Source of the DNA: Camelus ferus
Lineage: Eukaryota
Assembly: GCF_009834535.1 (NCBI RefSeq)
Contig: NC_045697.1
Span: forward strand, 9,364,001 to 9,428,000
DNA: 64,000 bases
Direction of reading: 5' to 3'
The notes beneath the pieces were generated by a model that was not told the DNA's origin, ran no database searches, and saw only the letters and a program-made list of their open reading frames with translations. This document shows, piece after piece, positions 62,621 through 64,000 of the stretch (positions are counted from its first letter, which is position 1; each line of letters opens with the position of its first letter). The translations under genes were made by a program, and so were the position numbers.

Positions 62621-62622
<2 letters not shown>

Positions 62623-63319
62623 TGCAAATAATTTAGGAGACTAACTAAAACTGGAGAATTTAGTTTTCAATTAAATTTTAATTTACAACTTTGGAATTTA
62701 ATGAACAAGGTTTCGCTTCTCACTCTCTTTCCCAATATTGCTATCCATTCTGCTACCCTTCTCATTTTCCTCCTCTTTATCTCACTGTATCCTACTCACT
62801 TTTCAAAACTCAACTCTAGCTTCTCTTCTTCTACAAGCTCCCTCTTAGGATTTCTTCCTTTGTTAACTGCTTTTGGTCCTACTTGCTGCTACCGTGGGAT
62901 TCACAACTGGCCTAGACACGTGTGGTTTGGACTCTGGGTGTCCATGTCCATGGAAAAAAAATTCTAACCTCATAGGGGATATTGGTATGGAGATGTATAA
63001 GCCAAATTGAAGGCTGTAGAAGAAAGCTGAACTGAAATACCATGGAAAGGGTTTATATGCACCAATGCTGAAGGGGTCAAGGTGTGAGTTTGAAGTCAGA
63101 GTCATAAGTGATCAAACTAATAAATGAGTAAAGATACAGAAAATCTTTTTAGAAGGCTAGAGGATGAAAAATTTCTCACTGGTCAAACTGCCCTACATTG
63201 TCCTACAGAAGCTGTCTTCTCTTTGTATTTATAAGACTTTACTGTTTCTATTCATAGGTTAATTAGGATGTCAGACTACATGGCCTGAAGAATTATATCT
63301 TGGTAGCTGAAGAGCAATG

Positions 63320-63500
63320 TTCTAGGTCTGGCTTTACAATTCATTAACTGCATTATCTTACTCATGCAGCTGAACTGCTCCTGAGCCTCAGTTTAATAAA
63401 AGTACAGGAGCTCAAGTAATGCCTAGCTCATGGAAGGATGGGGCATTCAGTGAGATAATGCGTTAGGAAAAGTGCTGAAGAAATACTAGACAGTGCTGCA
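63320..63500 (+). mobile_element. MIR SINE
   Basis: 'ctgagcctcagttt...attcagtgagataatgcg...aaagtgct'. Confidence 0.7.
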
Positions 63501-63529
63501 AATAAAATAAAATGTTATTTATTAACTCC

Positions 63530-63530
<1 letters not shown>

Positions 63531-63578
<48 letters not shown>

Positions 63579-63593
63579 ATGTGTGTATATATA
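63531..63593. repeat. (CTAT)n microsatellite with (TA)/(TG) tail
   Basis: Directly visible. Confidence 0.95.
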
Positions 63594-63864
63594 TGAAATG
63601 CTAGCTTTTCAACCTACAAGAAAAAAAATTTAGGGAAGGAATCCATATCGCATTTTACTAAGTTATACTTTACATTATAGGTTTAGGAGTGCATTCTTTG
63701 ACACATGTTTAATGTCAGCAGGTGATTATTTTTCTCTCTGAACACATTTACGAAACTTCTGTTTCTCTTGTATCTCTGATAAGTAGAAATTGTCATAAAG
63801 AATCATTTATCAGAACAATACTAAATTGACAAGGTAAGTGATGTAATTTATTACTGCAAGAAAT

Positions 63865-64000
63865 ACCTGAATTCAAACCCTGGCCTCATCACTCACAAAA
63901 CTTTTGAATAAGTTGCCTAGCTTCTCCATGTCTCGATTTCTTCAACTGCAGACTGGAGATAAGAGTAGTTGGCTCAGGGGACTTTTCAAAAGACCAAGTG
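63865..64000 (+). mobile_element. MIR SINE
   Basis: 'cctgaattcaaaccctggcctcatcactca...aagttgcctagcttctccatgtctcgatttcttcaactg'. Confidence 0.7.

Noticed and set aside
1..64000. CRISPR arrays, operons, rRNA, CpG-island promoter, endogenous non-retroviral virus or NUMT
   Set aside because: No regularly spaced repeats, long ORFs, CpG island or mitochondrial/viral-like segments were seen; very degraded elements cannot be excluded without a database search

Overview
Mammalian genomic DNA, AT-rich and dominated by repeats. It is most likely from a camelid: it carries two tRNA-derived SINEs of the camelid Vic-1 type and artiodactyl-type L1 3' ends. I recognise no host protein-coding gene, tRNA, rRNA or CpG island. 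The only ORF-track peptides with a recognisable family are broken L1 ORF1 pieces near 21.3-22.1 kb. The window reads as intergenic or deep intronic sequence built from old MIR, L2, L1ME/HAL1, MaLR/ERVL LTR and hAT elements, many of them nested. The best leads are: a 3'-truncated L1 (5'UTR, ORF1, start of ORF2) that ends just past an internal AATAAA and sits inside another L1; an unexplained ~0.7 kb insert in a HAL1 element; a few repeat-free islands with enhancer-like motif clusters or clean splice signals (25-26.5 kb, 35.6-36 kb, 57.1-57.5 kb); and a perfect 52-bp palindrome. I found no convincing evidence of a new biological system. Repeat family names come from recalled consensus similarity, and most boundaries are approximate unless a target-site duplication (TSD) is given.
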